From Syntrophales bacterium (lineage in GTDB: Bacteria > Desulfobacterota > Syntrophia > Syntrophales > UBA2192), in contig DAOTMG010000005.1 of assembly GCA_035450185.1 (NCBI GenBank), forward strand, positions 7,597 to 71,596: a DNA stretch of 64,000 nucleotides, written 5' to 3'. The notes beneath the pieces were generated by a model, which was not told the DNA's origin, did no database searches, and was given only the letters and a program-made list of their open reading frames with translations. A program made the translations under genes and the position numbers. How positions within the stretch are numbered: the stretch's first letter is position 1; every line of letters begins with the position of its first letter. Shown here in pieces: positions 33,669 through 43,066 of this stretch.

Positions 33669-34943
33669 TCAGGGCTGCCGGCTCTTTCCGCCCTCGAGCT
33701 CATCGACGAGTTCGTCGGTCCTTTTCACCCGCTCCGCCATCTCCTTCAGAATCCCGTGGACGATCTTGGGATTCTCCCGGAGGATGGTCTCGAAATTGTC
33801 CTCCCGGATCCTGATCAGGCGTGTGTCGTCCTCGACGGCAATGACCGTTGCCGTCCTCGGCGACCGAAGCAGCATGGCCATTTCCCCGAAATAGTCCCCT
33901 TCCTTCAGAACCCGCAGCGTCTTGTCCTTCCGGCGGATCTCCACGGCCCCGTTGAGGATATAGAACATGTCCGTCCCTTCCTCCCCTTCCCTGCAGACCA
34001 CTTCCCCGCGGCTGTAGGGTGTCGCAAACCGGTCCATGATTCTTCGCGGCCCCTTTCTCGACGGCAGGGACTTCTGCTGCAGGAGGCCGGAGAGGAGAAG
34101 GGCCTCCCGCCTGCGGATATTGGCCATGATCTCCATCCCGAAGAGGATGACGACGAACTGGTAGTACACCCAGATGATCAGGATGAAAATCGCCTTCAGG
34201 GAACCGAAGGTGACGCCGTAGTTCGGGTTGAACTTCAGAAAGAGGAGAAAAACCGGTTTCGCAACCAGCCAAAGGGTGGCGGTGATGAACGATCCGACCG
34301 CGAGGTTCGCGGCCTTCAGCTGGACGGGGCAGAAGATGAGATAAAAAAGGGCGATGACCAGCGTCGCCAGAAGCGGGGCGGAGATGACGTTGAAAACACG
34401 CATGAGGACACCCGGGCTCCCGGCATAGGGCGTCATGACGGAGGCGTAGAGGATTTCGCCGAGGATCACGCCGATGAACAGAACCAGGAGGATGAAAACG
34501 GCAACGGCATTGATGAGTTTGTTTTTCCAGTAGGGAGCATCCCTCTCTTCCTTGAAAATCCGCAGAAAAGCAAAACGCAGAGACGACGCCAGCGGGGTGA
34601 CCGACCAGAAGAGCACGATCAGGCTCAAAAGGCCCCATGTCCTCTGCTTCGCCACGGCGTAGACTTCCTTGAGCAACACCTTGTGATAGGCGGGAAAGAT
34701 CTGCTCTGCGAGATTCTCGATCCCTCTGACGGCCGCCTGGGAGGTCAGAATGACGTTGCTGAGAATATAAACGATCAGGATGAAGAGCGGGATCAGAGAA
34801 AAAAATCCGAAAAAGGCGAGGGTCGCCGATGTCTCCAGTCCGTTGTTGCGCCCGAAGGACCTGAGGGACCCCCGGAGAATCAGGTAGGGGTACCCGAATC
34901 GCTCTTCGGGGTCATCGATGAAATGTCTAATTTTTTCACGCAT
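33669..34943 (-). CDS. YihY/BrkB-family membrane protein fused to a C-terminal cyclic-nucleotide-binding domain
   Basis: Start taken at MREKIRHFIDDPE. The N-terminal two-thirds is multi-TM YihY-like (ATLAFFGFFSLIPLF). The C-terminal domain has the CAP_ED signature GDYFGEMAMLLRSPRTATVIA. Confidence 0.8.
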   Translation of the reverse strand: MREKIRHFIDDPEERFGYPYLILRGSLRSFGRNNGLETSATLAFFGFFSLIPLFILIVYILSNVILTSQAAVRGIENLAEQIFPAYHKVLLKEVYAVAKQRTWGLLSLIVLFWSVTPLASSLRFAFLRIFKEERDAPYWKNKLINAVAVFILLVLFIGVILGEILYASVMTPYAGSPGVLMRVFNVISAPLLATLVIALFYLIFCPVQLKAANLAVGSFITATLWLVAKPVFLLFLKFNPNYGVTFGSLKAIFILIIWVYYQFVVILFGMEIMANIRRREALLLSGLLQQKSLPSRKGPRRIMDRFATPYSRGEVVCREGEEGTDMFYILNGAVEIRRKDKTLRVLKEGDYFGEMAMLLRSPRTATVIAVEDDTRLIRIREDNFETILRENPKIVHGILKEMAERVKRTDELVDELEGGKSRQP

Positions 34944-35252
34944 GGCCCATTCCGTTCTGCGGCATGAGAGGAGAGAGGCCCTTTCGTCGGCCGCTCCGGG
35001 CACCCGGAGCCGGTGGGGGATTATAGTGAAAGGGTTTACGCCGTGTCAAACACTGAAAATGGCGCGATCCGCCGCGACAGGCCGGGACCGAAACCGTCCC
35101 GACGGACCCGGCTGAGTCACGGGTCCGGTCAAAACCCGCTGCGATCTTCGCCTCCCCAGGGTTCATGCCGGAATTGACAGCCTCCCCGTTTGGTGCTAAA
35201 GAAGCTCGACACTCTCATTTATTCGGGTACTTTCATCCCAGAGCTCCCGTTT

Positions 35253-36683
35253 ATGTTCAGAAATTTGTTCCTGAATCTGTCGCTGAACAAGAAGCTCGTT
35301 TTCATGATGCTCGGCCTGAGTTTCCTGCTCCTTTCCCTCCTCTTCATCATCTATTTGCAGTCCGAGCGGGTCCTGGAGAAACAGCTGGAAACGCAGATCG
35401 TCGAGCTCACCCAGGCCATTCAGGTCGGCGTCGAGGAGGTCACCGGCACCGGCGGGACCGACGAGATGCGGCTGAGACAGTATCTCAAATCCCTCAAGTC
35501 CAGGGGGATCAAGGAGATTTCCATCATCAGCAACAAGGAAGAAATCATCGCAAGCACCAATCCCAAAAGCGTCGGCACCCCCGTCGGCCCCAAGAAGAAG
35601 GAATTGATCATCAAGGCCGAACTCGGTGAAAGGGCCGTCGATGAGGAGGGCAAGACCTACAACGTCATCATCCCCGTCATCGCCGGGGAGGCTCATTACG
35701 GCTATGTCCATCTCCAGATCAACGCGGACAATTTTTCCGAGCAGCTCAAGCTGAACACGTTGAAGCGTATCGCAGCCACCCTTCTCGTCTTCTCTCTGGG
35801 TATCGCCATTTCCATTTTCCTGGCCCTGAGATACACGGAACCCATACACAACGTCGTCGAGGCGGCAAAGAAAGTCGCTGCCGGTGATCTCAACCAGAGC
35901 CTGCCGATGGACCGGAAAGACGAGATCGGGGAACTCACCGAAAGCTTCAATTACATGGTGCAGAAGCTCAAGGAGGAGAAAAAGCTCGAGGAGCGCCTCC
36001 GTGAAGCCGAGCATCTCTCCGCCGTGGGACAGCTCGCCCGGGGCATCGCCCATGAAATCCGCAACCCGCTGAACTACATCAGTCTTTCCATCGATCATCT
36101 CAAGGAAAAGTACCGCCCGGCCGATGAGGCCCGGGAGAATAAATTCGACAGCCTGATTTCGTCCATGAAACAGGAGGTGCACCGTCTCGACAAGCTGGTC
36201 GGCGACTTCCTGGACTACGGCAAACCGCTCCGCCTGAATCTGCAGCCCGTCGATACGAAAAAGCTTCTCTCCCACATCGTGGAGATCATCAAGGCCAAGG
36301 CCGACACCGAGCACGTGGCGATTATTGAGAGTTACGACTTCCTGCCGGAACTGATGCTCGACTACGACCTGATGAAGACCTGCCTGTTCAACATCGTATC
36401 CAATGCCTTCCAGGCCATGCCGGAGGGCGGCACCATCACCTTCAGGACGGAACGGAGCGACGGCAAGTTCAACCTGCACATTCTCGACACGGGTGCCGGA
36501 GTTCCCAGGGAAAACCTCGAAAGAATCTTTGAACCGTTCTTCACCACGAAGAGCGGCGGGCTCGGGCTGGGCCTTGCGATCACCCGGCGGGTGATCGAAG
36601 AGCACGGCGGGAAAATCGACTTTCTCAGTTCCGAGGGCAGGGGCAGCGAGGTGTCGATCACCCTGCCCCTGGCGAGCCTCTGA
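35253..36683 (+). CDS. Sensor histidine kinase (2 TM, HAMP, HisKA, HATPase)
   Basis: H-box HEIRNPLN, N-box NAFQAM, G-boxes DTGAGV and GGLGLGLA. The ATG at 35253 is preferred over the upstream TTG. Confidence 0.88.
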   Translation: MFRNLFLNLSLNKKLVFMMLGLSFLLLSLLFIIYLQSERVLEKQLETQIVELTQAIQVGVEEVTGTGGTDEMRLRQYLKSLKSRGIKEISIISNKEEIIASTNPKSVGTPVGPKKKELIIKAELGERAVDEEGKTYNVIIPVIAGEAHYGYVHLQINADNFSEQLKLNTLKRIAATLLVFSLGIAISIFLALRYTEPIHNVVEAAKKVAAGDLNQSLPMDRKDEIGELTESFNYMVQKLKEEKKLEERLREAEHLSAVGQLARGIAHEIRNPLNYISLSIDHLKEKYRPADEARENKFDSLISSMKQEVHRLDKLVGDFLDYGKPLRLNLQPVDTKKLLSHIVEIIKAKADTEHVAIIESYDFLPELMLDYDLMKTCLFNIVSNAFQAMPEGGTITFRTERSDGKFNLHILDTGAGVPRENLERIFEPFFTTKSGGLGLGLAITRRVIEEHGGKIDFLSSEGRGSEVSITLPLASL

Positions 36684-36721
36684 GGCGACAGCCCCTATTC
36701 ACCAGGAGTCAACAGACAGCC

Positions 36722-38281
36722 ATGGCCGTGATCCTCGTCGTCGATGACGAACCCCTCCAGCGGGACATCCTGAAAACCATTCTGACGGACGCCGGTTACG
36801 AAACCCTCACCGCGGCGTCCGGCGAGGAAGCCCTCAGGCTGACCCGGACCTACAGCCCCGATGTCGTCCTGACCGACCTAAGGATGAAGGGGATGGACGG
36901 CATCGAACTCCTGGAGCGACTGATGGCCCGGGGGGAGTCGCCGACGGTACTCATCATGACGGCCTTCGGCACCATCGACTCGGCCGTGGAGGCCATGAAG
37001 AAGGGGGCCTTCGATTACATGACGAAGCCCCTCGATAAGGACGTGGTCATCATGACCGTCCGGCGGGCCCTGGAACGGTCGGAACTCCTGCGGAAAAACC
37101 TGGAACTCCAGCAGGCCCTGATGGACAAATTCAAGATCGAGGGCATCGTCGGCAAGTCCAAATCGGTCCAGGACGTCATCCACATCATCAAGAAGGTGTC
37201 GGACAGCCCCGCCACGGTCCTCATCCTCGGCGAGAGCGGAACGGGGAAGGAGCTCATTGCCCGCGCGATCCATTTCAACAGCCGGCGGGCCCCCAAATCC
37301 TTCACCGCCATCAACTGTGCCGCCATACCGGAGACCCTCCTCGAAAGCGAACTCTTCGGCTACGAGCCGGGCGCCTTCACCGGCGCCGTCGCCCGCAAGA
37401 TCGGTCTTTTCGAGGCGACCAACGGCGGCACCGTCCTTCTCGACGAGGTGGGAGACCTCCCTGCCATGACCCAGTCCAAGATTCTCCGGGTCCTCCAGGA
37501 AAGGGAAATCCGCAGACTGGGAGGCCGGGACTCCATCAAGATCGACGTCCGCATCATCGCCGCGACCAACAAGGACCTCGAACGGGAGATGAAGGAAAAC
37601 AAGTTCCGGGAAGACCTTTTTTACCGCCTGAAGGTCGTCACGATCGAGCTGCCGCCCCTGCGGGAACGGCGGGAGGATATTCCCGACCTCATTCAGTACT
37701 TCCTGCAGAAATACAACCAAGAATTCGACAAGAGAATCCGGAGGGTCGATGAGCCGGCCCTGAAGGCCCTGACGGACTTCCACTGGCCCGGCAACATCCG
37801 GCAGCTCCAGTCGGTGATCGAAAAGGCCGTTCTTTTGTGTGATTCCGACACGATCTCGCTCCGGGATATTCGGGACGAACTGACGTCGGGGTCCCCGTCG
37901 AAAGACATCCTCGATTTCGATTTGCCCGACGAGGGCATTTCCCTCGACGATTTTGAAAAGGCCGTTCTGAAAAAGGCCATGCAAAAAACCGATCACGTTG
38001 CCGCCCGTGCGGCCAAATTGCTCGGCCTCACCTACAAGACCTTCTGGTACCGCTGGGAGAAGTTCGACCTGGACGCGACAGCGGATCGCATCCCCGGCGA
38101 GGATCTCTTCCGCTTTGAAATCCCCGGCGGCGGCGTCAACTACGAAGACCTCGAAAAGGCGCTGATCCGCAAGGCCATGGTGAAAGCGCATTACGTCGTT
38201 TCAAAGGCCTCTCGCCTTCTCGGCATCAGTGAAAAGGCTTTTCGTTCGAGGTGGGAGAAATACGGGCCGAACCAGGGCTGA
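36722..38281 (+). CDS. Sigma-54-dependent response regulator (REC-AAA+), with two tandem Fis-type HTH modules
   Basis: REC domain (VVDDEP..D), AAA+ domain with GESGTGKE and the sigma-54 contact loop GAFTGA. The C-terminal HTH region is duplicated (37904..38068 and 38099..38266). Confidence 0.92.
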   Translation: MAVILVVDDEPLQRDILKTILTDAGYETLTAASGEEALRLTRTYSPDVVLTDLRMKGMDGIELLERLMARGESPTVLIMTAFGTIDSAVEAMKKGAFDYMTKPLDKDVVIMTVRRALERSELLRKNLELQQALMDKFKIEGIVGKSKSVQDVIHIIKKVSDSPATVLILGESGTGKELIARAIHFNSRRAPKSFTAINCAAIPETLLESELFGYEPGAFTGAVARKIGLFEATNGGTVLLDEVGDLPAMTQSKILRVLQEREIRRLGGRDSIKIDVRIIAATNKDLEREMKENKFREDLFYRLKVVTIELPPLRERREDIPDLIQYFLQKYNQEFDKRIRRVDEPALKALTDFHWPGNIRQLQSVIEKAVLLCDSDTISLRDIRDELTSGSPSKDILDFDLPDEGISLDDFEKAVLKKAMQKTDHVAARAAKLLGLTYKTFWYRWEKFDLDATADRIPGEDLFRFEIPGGGVNYEDLEKALIRKAMVKAHYVVSKASRLLGISEKAFRSRWEKYGPNQG

Positions 38282-38512
38282 GTCCGGCTCCCTCCCCTGC
38301 TTCCGCCTGACGGACCAAAAAACTCCTTTCAAGGACAACCCCTTTGTATTATATTGGTGCTGCGTTTTTCGCGAGGGTCAAGAGCCGCCGGCAGCCCCGG
38401 ATGCAGCCGATGCCGGCCGTTGTGTTTTTTTCGCCGTGGATTTCGTTGTGAAAACGAACCGCACGCCGTCCATGGCCGTTCAGACCGGATCGTCATCACA
38501 GAGGACAGAAGA

Positions 38513-39331
38513 ATGAAAAACAAAACGGAGTTTGTGTTCCGGACCGTCGTCATCCTCTCCCTTTTTCTTTTCTTCGCCGCCTGCGCCACCGTGCCCGTCA
38601 CCGGCAGGAGACAACTGGACCTCGTGCCGGACTCCGAACTTGTGGCGATGAGCTATTCGGAGTACGCAACGGTGATGAAGAAATCCAAACTCTCAACGGA
38701 TCAGGACAAGGTCGACATGGTCCGTCGCGTGGGCAAACGGATTGCCGCTGCCGCAGAAGAATTTCTCGTCGAGGAAGGTCTGGGATCGGAAGTCAAAAAC
38801 TACAAATGGGAGTTCAATCTCATCGAGGACGACAAGACGGTGAACGCGTGGTGTATGCCCGGCGGCAAGGTGGCCGTTTACACGGGTCTCCTCCCCATCA
38901 CGCGAGACGAGACGGGCCTCGCCGTCGTTGTGGGCCATGAGGTCGCCCACGCCATCGCCAGACACGGCGGCGAGCGAATGAGCCAGGGCCTTCTCGCCCA
39001 GCTCGGCGGGGTCGGCCTTGCCGTCGCTCTGTCGACGCAGCCGGCGGCGACGCAGAGCATATTCATGCAGGCCTACGGCGTGGGGACTCAGGTGGGTGTT
39101 CTCCTTCCGTACAGCCGCCTTCACGAGTCTGAGGCCGATCACATCGGCCTTATTCTCATGGCCAAAGCAGGGTACGACCCCCGGGCTGCCGTTGCGCTGT
39201 GGCAGCGGATGAACCAGCACGGGGGAGCCAGACCCCCGGAGTTTCTCTCGACGCACCCCGCGCCGGAATCTCGGATCAGGGACATTCAGGCACGGATCCC
39301 CGAGGCCCTGCGGTACTACAAGCCGAAATAA
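38513..39331 (+). CDS. M48-family zinc metallopeptidase lipoprotein
   Basis: Start at MKNKTEF.. with lipobox LFFAAC and RBS GAGGA. Zinc motif is HEVAHAIARHG. Confidence 0.88.
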   Translation: MKNKTEFVFRTVVILSLFLFFAACATVPVTGRRQLDLVPDSELVAMSYSEYATVMKKSKLSTDQDKVDMVRRVGKRIAAAAEEFLVEEGLGSEVKNYKWEFNLIEDDKTVNAWCMPGGKVAVYTGLLPITRDETGLAVVVGHEVAHAIARHGGERMSQGLLAQLGGVGLAVALSTQPAATQSIFMQAYGVGTQVGVLLPYSRLHESEADHIGLILMAKAGYDPRAAVALWQRMNQHGGARPPEFLSTHPAPESRIRDIQARIPEALRYYKPK

Positions 39332-39403
39332 ACGGGGAAGCCCGATTTCCTCCGGGATATCCATGCCGTGCCGTTAAAACCGACGTAAAAGAAGGAGGAT
39401 GAC

Positions 39404-39850
39404 ATGTTGAAGGAGTTCAAAGAATTCGCGATGCGAGGCAATGTCGTGGACATGGCCGTCGGCATCATCATCGGCGGTGCCTTCGGGACCATCGTCAAGT
39501 CCCTCGTGGACGACATCCTCATGCCGCCCATCGGACTGCTTCTCGGCAATGTCGATTTTTCGAATATCTTCATGGTGATCAAGGCGGGGAAAACCGCCGG
39601 CCCGTACGCGACGCTCGCCGAAGCCAAGGCGGCGGGGGCCGTGACGGTCAATATGGGCGTCTTCGCGAACTCGGTGATCAGCTTCCTGATCGTGGCCTTG
39701 GCCGTGTTCCTCCTGATCCGGCAGATCAATGCCCTGAAAAGGGCCGAGGTGCCGGCGGCCCCGACGACCAAGGATTGCCCCTACTGCTTCTCCGTCATCC
39801 CCGTCAAGGCCACACGCTGCCCGAACTGCACATCGGAACTCAAAGGTTAA
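39404..39850 (+). CDS. mscL: Large-conductance mechanosensitive channel MscL with a C-terminal CxxC..CxxC tail
   Basis: N-terminus is [28 protein letters not shown].., with two TM helices. The tail is [23 protein letters not shown]. Confidence 0.93.
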   Translation: MLKEFKEFAMRGNVVDMAVGIIIGGAFGTIVKSLVDDILMPPIGLLLGNVDFSNIFMVIKAGKTAGPYATLAEAKAAGAVTVNMGVFANSVISFLIVALAVFLLIRQINALKRAEVPAAPTTKDCPYCFSVIPVKATRCPNCTSELKG

Positions 39851-39900
39851 TCTCCCTGCCATCCCCCTCGCCGGATCCGGCGGGGTCTTCACGCGAACAG

Positions 39901-39932
39901 ACAGCCGGCCGCTCAAAGGCCGGCTGTTCTCG
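39901..39932 (+). terminator. Probable terminator after mscL
   Basis: 10-bp stem ACAGCCGGCC/GGCCGGCTGT with a 7-nt loop, then TCTCG. The T-tract is poor. Confidence 0.45.
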
Positions 39933-40148
39933 TAACATCCCGCAAGGGCGGACGGTAACCCGATACCGCCGGGCGGTCCCATTGTCCGCGTCTTCCCGGG
40001 AATGTCATTGCAACGGCCTGAGAAATATGCCATGATCCCCCCTAAAATTCCATGACCCTCCGACATCGCCCGAGGAGGAACCTGTGCCCCGTCGACCCGA
40101 CGGAGCCTGTCGGCAACGCAATGAGGGGTTCCGTGCAACCTGAAGCTC

Positions 40149-41528
40149 ATGCAGCGTAAAAACGATCCCCGACAGAAAGGCCTTTTCTTTCACCAACTTG
40201 CTCCGGGGCAAATCTTCATCCTCAGTTTCGCCGGCCTGATCCTCACGGGCGCTTTCTTTCTCTGGTTTCCCTTCTCCTCTTCGGGTGAACCCCTTGATTT
40301 CATCGACGCGCTCTTCACGGCCACGTCGGCGGTCTGCGTCACGGGTCTCGCCGTTTTAGACATCGGTAAAGACCTCTCCTTCGCCGGGCAGGTCATCACC
40401 CTTATCCTTTTCCAGATCGGCGGTCTCGGCATCATCACCTTTTCCGTGTTCCTCTTCGGCATTATGGGTCGCGGCATATCGTTCAAAGAGAGGGAGATCG
40501 TCCAGACGACTTTTCTCCACACGCCGAAGCGGGACTTTATCATCATCCTCAAGGCCGTGCTCGTCTCGACCTTTGCGATCGAGTCCGTCGGCGTCCTGGT
40601 TCTTTTCATCCGGTTTTCACAGGAATTTCCCTCCGGCACCGCCTTCTATTACGCCCTTTACCACGCCGTCTCCGCCTTCAACAACTGCGGTTACTCCCTC
40701 TTCACGGACAACCTGATCCGCTACCAAGGGGACTGGATCGTCAATCTGGCCGTCATGGCCCTCATCATCCTGGGGGGGCTCGGATTCGTCGTCCATCACG
40801 AGGTTTATTCCCGGTTTCGCAGCCGGCAGGAACACCTCTCCGTTCACAGCAGGATCGTCATTTATACCACGGCGATCCTGGTCCTCTCGGGTGCCCTGCT
40901 GTTTTATTTTTTCGAGCGGAATCACATCATCCGGGACATGCCTTTCCACGCGCAGGTCCTCGTTTCCTTCTTTCAGTCCGTGACCCCCAGAACCGCCGGA
41001 TTCAACACCGTGGATATCGGGAGCCTGACCAACGCGACCATCCTCGTGATGATCGTCCTGATGTTCATCGGCGCCTCCCCGGGATCCACGGGGGGCGGGA
41101 TCAAAACGACCAGCGCAACCCTGCTTCTGCTTCTGATCTGGAACCGCTGGAAGGGATACGAAGAGGTGAACGTCTTCAACCGGACCATCCCCAAAGAGCA
41201 GATCACCAAGACGATCTCGATCATTTTCGCCGCGGCGATGTCCGTGTTTCTCATCACGTCCATTCTGCTTCTGGCGGGCGGCGGAGACCTGACGCCCCTC
41301 AAGAGCCGTCACCTGTTCGTGGAGTATCTTTTTGAAACGGTCTCGGCCTTCGGGACCGTCGGCCTGTCCATGGGGGTTACGCCGAACATGAACGACCTTC
41401 AGAAACTCGCGATCGTCCTCATGATGTTTGCCGGAAGAGTGGGTCCCCTCACCCTGGCCTTCTCGCTCGCACTTCGGCAGTCCAGGAAGGGAATTACCTA
41501 CGCGGAAGAAACCGTGATGGTCGGATAA
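40149..41528 (+). CDS. trkH: K+ uptake membrane subunit, TrkH/KtrB family
   Basis: 459 aa, multi-TM. Repeated selectivity-filter-like segments are present (TGLAV, NCGYS, TAGFNT, STGGGIK). Confidence 0.9.
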   Translation: MQRKNDPRQKGLFFHQLAPGQIFILSFAGLILTGAFFLWFPFSSSGEPLDFIDALFTATSAVCVTGLAVLDIGKDLSFAGQVITLILFQIGGLGIITFSVFLFGIMGRGISFKEREIVQTTFLHTPKRDFIIILKAVLVSTFAIESVGVLVLFIRFSQEFPSGTAFYYALYHAVSAFNNCGYSLFTDNLIRYQGDWIVNLAVMALIILGGLGFVVHHEVYSRFRSRQEHLSVHSRIVIYTTAILVLSGALLFYFFERNHIIRDMPFHAQVLVSFFQSVTPRTAGFNTVDIGSLTNATILVMIVLMFIGASPGSTGGGIKTTSATLLLLLIWNRWKGYEEVNVFNRTIPKEQITKTISIIFAAAMSVFLITSILLLAGGGDLTPLKSRHLFVEYLFETVSAFGTVGLSMGVTPNMNDLQKLAIVLMMFAGRVGPLTLAFSLALRQSRKGITYAEETVMVG

Positions 41529-41533
41529 GGGGG

Positions 41534-42187
41534 ATGCAGATGAAAAGAGTCATCGTCATCGGACTGGGGATTTTCGGTTACAACGTCGTCAGGGAACTCC
41601 ACGAAAACAACGTCGAGGTGTTCGCCATCGACAAGAAGAAAGAGGCCGTCCAGGCCGTCCGGGACTTCGCCGCCAGGGCCATTGTTGCCGACGGCACGGA
41701 CAAGGATTTGATGGACAGTATCGGGATCCGGGAGGACGACATGGTCATCGTCTCCTTCGGGGAAGACCTGGCGGCCAGCACCCTCATCACCCTGCACCTC
41801 CGCCAGATGAAGGTCAAAGACATCATCGTCAAGGCTCCCAACGAAGAGCACAAACTCATCCTCGAAAAGGTCGGCGCCACGGAGGTGATCATCCCGGAAA
41901 AGGAAATGGCGGACAAGATCGTCAAGGGGATCGTCAGCCCGAACGTGCTGGATTACATTCCCCTGTCGGAAGATTACATGATCTGTGAAATCGCGACACC
42001 CAAGAGCTTTATCGGCAAGACGCTGGGCGGTCTGAAGGTCCGAAGCAACTACAACATCGGGGTGATCGCGATCCGCGACACACTGACAGACCGCGTCGAG
42101 ATGGTGCCTTCGGCGGATTTCGTCTTCAAGGACAGTGATGTCATCGTTGTGGTCGGCAAAGAGGCCGATATTGACAAAATCAGGTGA
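41534..42187 (+). CDS. trkA: K+ uptake regulatory subunit, TrkA-N/TrkA-C (KtrA-sized RCK protein)
   Basis: 217 aa with Rossmann motif VIGLGIFG and a C-terminal RCK_C domain. Starts 5 nt after trkH. Confidence 0.9.
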   Translation: MQMKRVIVIGLGIFGYNVVRELHENNVEVFAIDKKKEAVQAVRDFAARAIVADGTDKDLMDSIGIREDDMVIVSFGEDLAASTLITLHLRQMKVKDIIVKAPNEEHKLILEKVGATEVIIPEKEMADKIVKGIVSPNVLDYIPLSEDYMICEIATPKSFIGKTLGGLKVRSNYNIGVIAIRDTLTDRVEMVPSADFVFKDSDVIVVVGKEADIDKIR

Positions 42188-42317
42188 GAAACCGGAAAGG
42201 GCCATTTCGTCGAAGCGTCCGCCGCCATCGACAAACCGGGAGGCGGACGGTTAAAGGAGCGGACCTGTCGGGGGGCCTGCCGGAATTCGTCTGCCCGGCG
42301 GGGAAGCGAACCCGGAG

Positions 42318-42755
42318 TCATACGGGGGGGATTCCTTCCTGAACCATGATGTTCTGCTGGGCTTCATCGAATTCGACGGCGAAGCCCCCTGGCTCGGTAC
42401 GAACCACCGTCCCGGAGAATCTGACTCTGAATATTTTCTTCTCTTTCTCCCGGCCGATTTCCAGATGCAGATACACCTGGACGGGTGTGCCGACGGCCAG
42501 TTGTATTTCCGTGACGAACATCGCGCCTGCGGTGGAGATGTTCGCGATCCGGAGCAAATAGATTTTCTTCTCCCGGGAGCCCGGGTGAACGGTGACGATG
42601 GCGGAGCAGTTGAGTTTGAGCCGTTTATACCTTCTTTTCCTGTTCAACGCTCTCCCTGCCTGTCCTGCAATTTTTTTTCGGGGATCCGCCGTTTTCCTGA
42701 AACGGAGATCTCGTCCCGTGTCATCGGTCCTGCCTATCCGATGACGGCCGGGCAA
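42318..42755 (-). CDS. PilZ-domain protein (putative c-di-GMP receptor)
   Basis: RKRRYKR (RxxxR-like) followed by NISTAGA (D/NxSxxG). The start codon is uncertain. Confidence 0.65.
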   Translation of the reverse strand: MPGRHRIGRTDDTGRDLRFRKTADPRKKIAGQAGRALNRKRRYKRLKLNCSAIVTVHPGSREKKIYLLRIANISTAGAMFVTEIQLAVGTPVQVYLHLEIGREKEKKIFRVRFSGTVVRTEPGGFAVEFDEAQQNIMVQEGIPPV

Positions 42756-42805
42756 ACCCTGTCAGGACTCGTCCCTGACCCCCGGGAAGCCCCTTCGATG
42801 CCGAT

Positions 42806-43066
42806 TCACCGAAGATCCCTTCCGCCGCCGCCTCGGCCGGAGGATTTTTCCCCGACCCGGCCGTTCATCATCTCCCCATAGGCCATTCGACAGCGGTAAT
42901 AGTTCTCCTGCGTGATGCCCAGCTCGCGGCAGATCTGCCCCAGATTTTTGCCTTGTGCGAGCCTTGCATCGGCTTCACGAACCAACCCGACAATCTGCTC
43001 AAGCGTAAACTGTTTCCCCGTCATACGACTTTTCCCGACTTCCGCTTTTGCGTCCCGGCGTGACAC
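42806..43066 (-). pseudogene. Truncated and decayed IS3-family transposase OrfA (HTH) remnant
   Basis: FTLEQIVGLVREADARLAQGKNLGQICRELGITQENYYRCRMAYGEM resembles the IS3 OrfA pattern ..EQI..L.EAE..L.QGK.V..VCR.LG.S..TYYRWRK.YGG. The leucine-zipper part, OrfB and inverted repeats are all missing. Confidence 0.6.

Noticed and set aside
38354-38512. Upstream extension of the M48 peptidase ORF (start at 38354).
   Set aside because: The extension is Arg/Cys/Gly-rich and non-homologous.  The ATG at 38513 has a GAGGA RBS and gives a clean lipoprotein signal peptide with lipobox LFFAAC.
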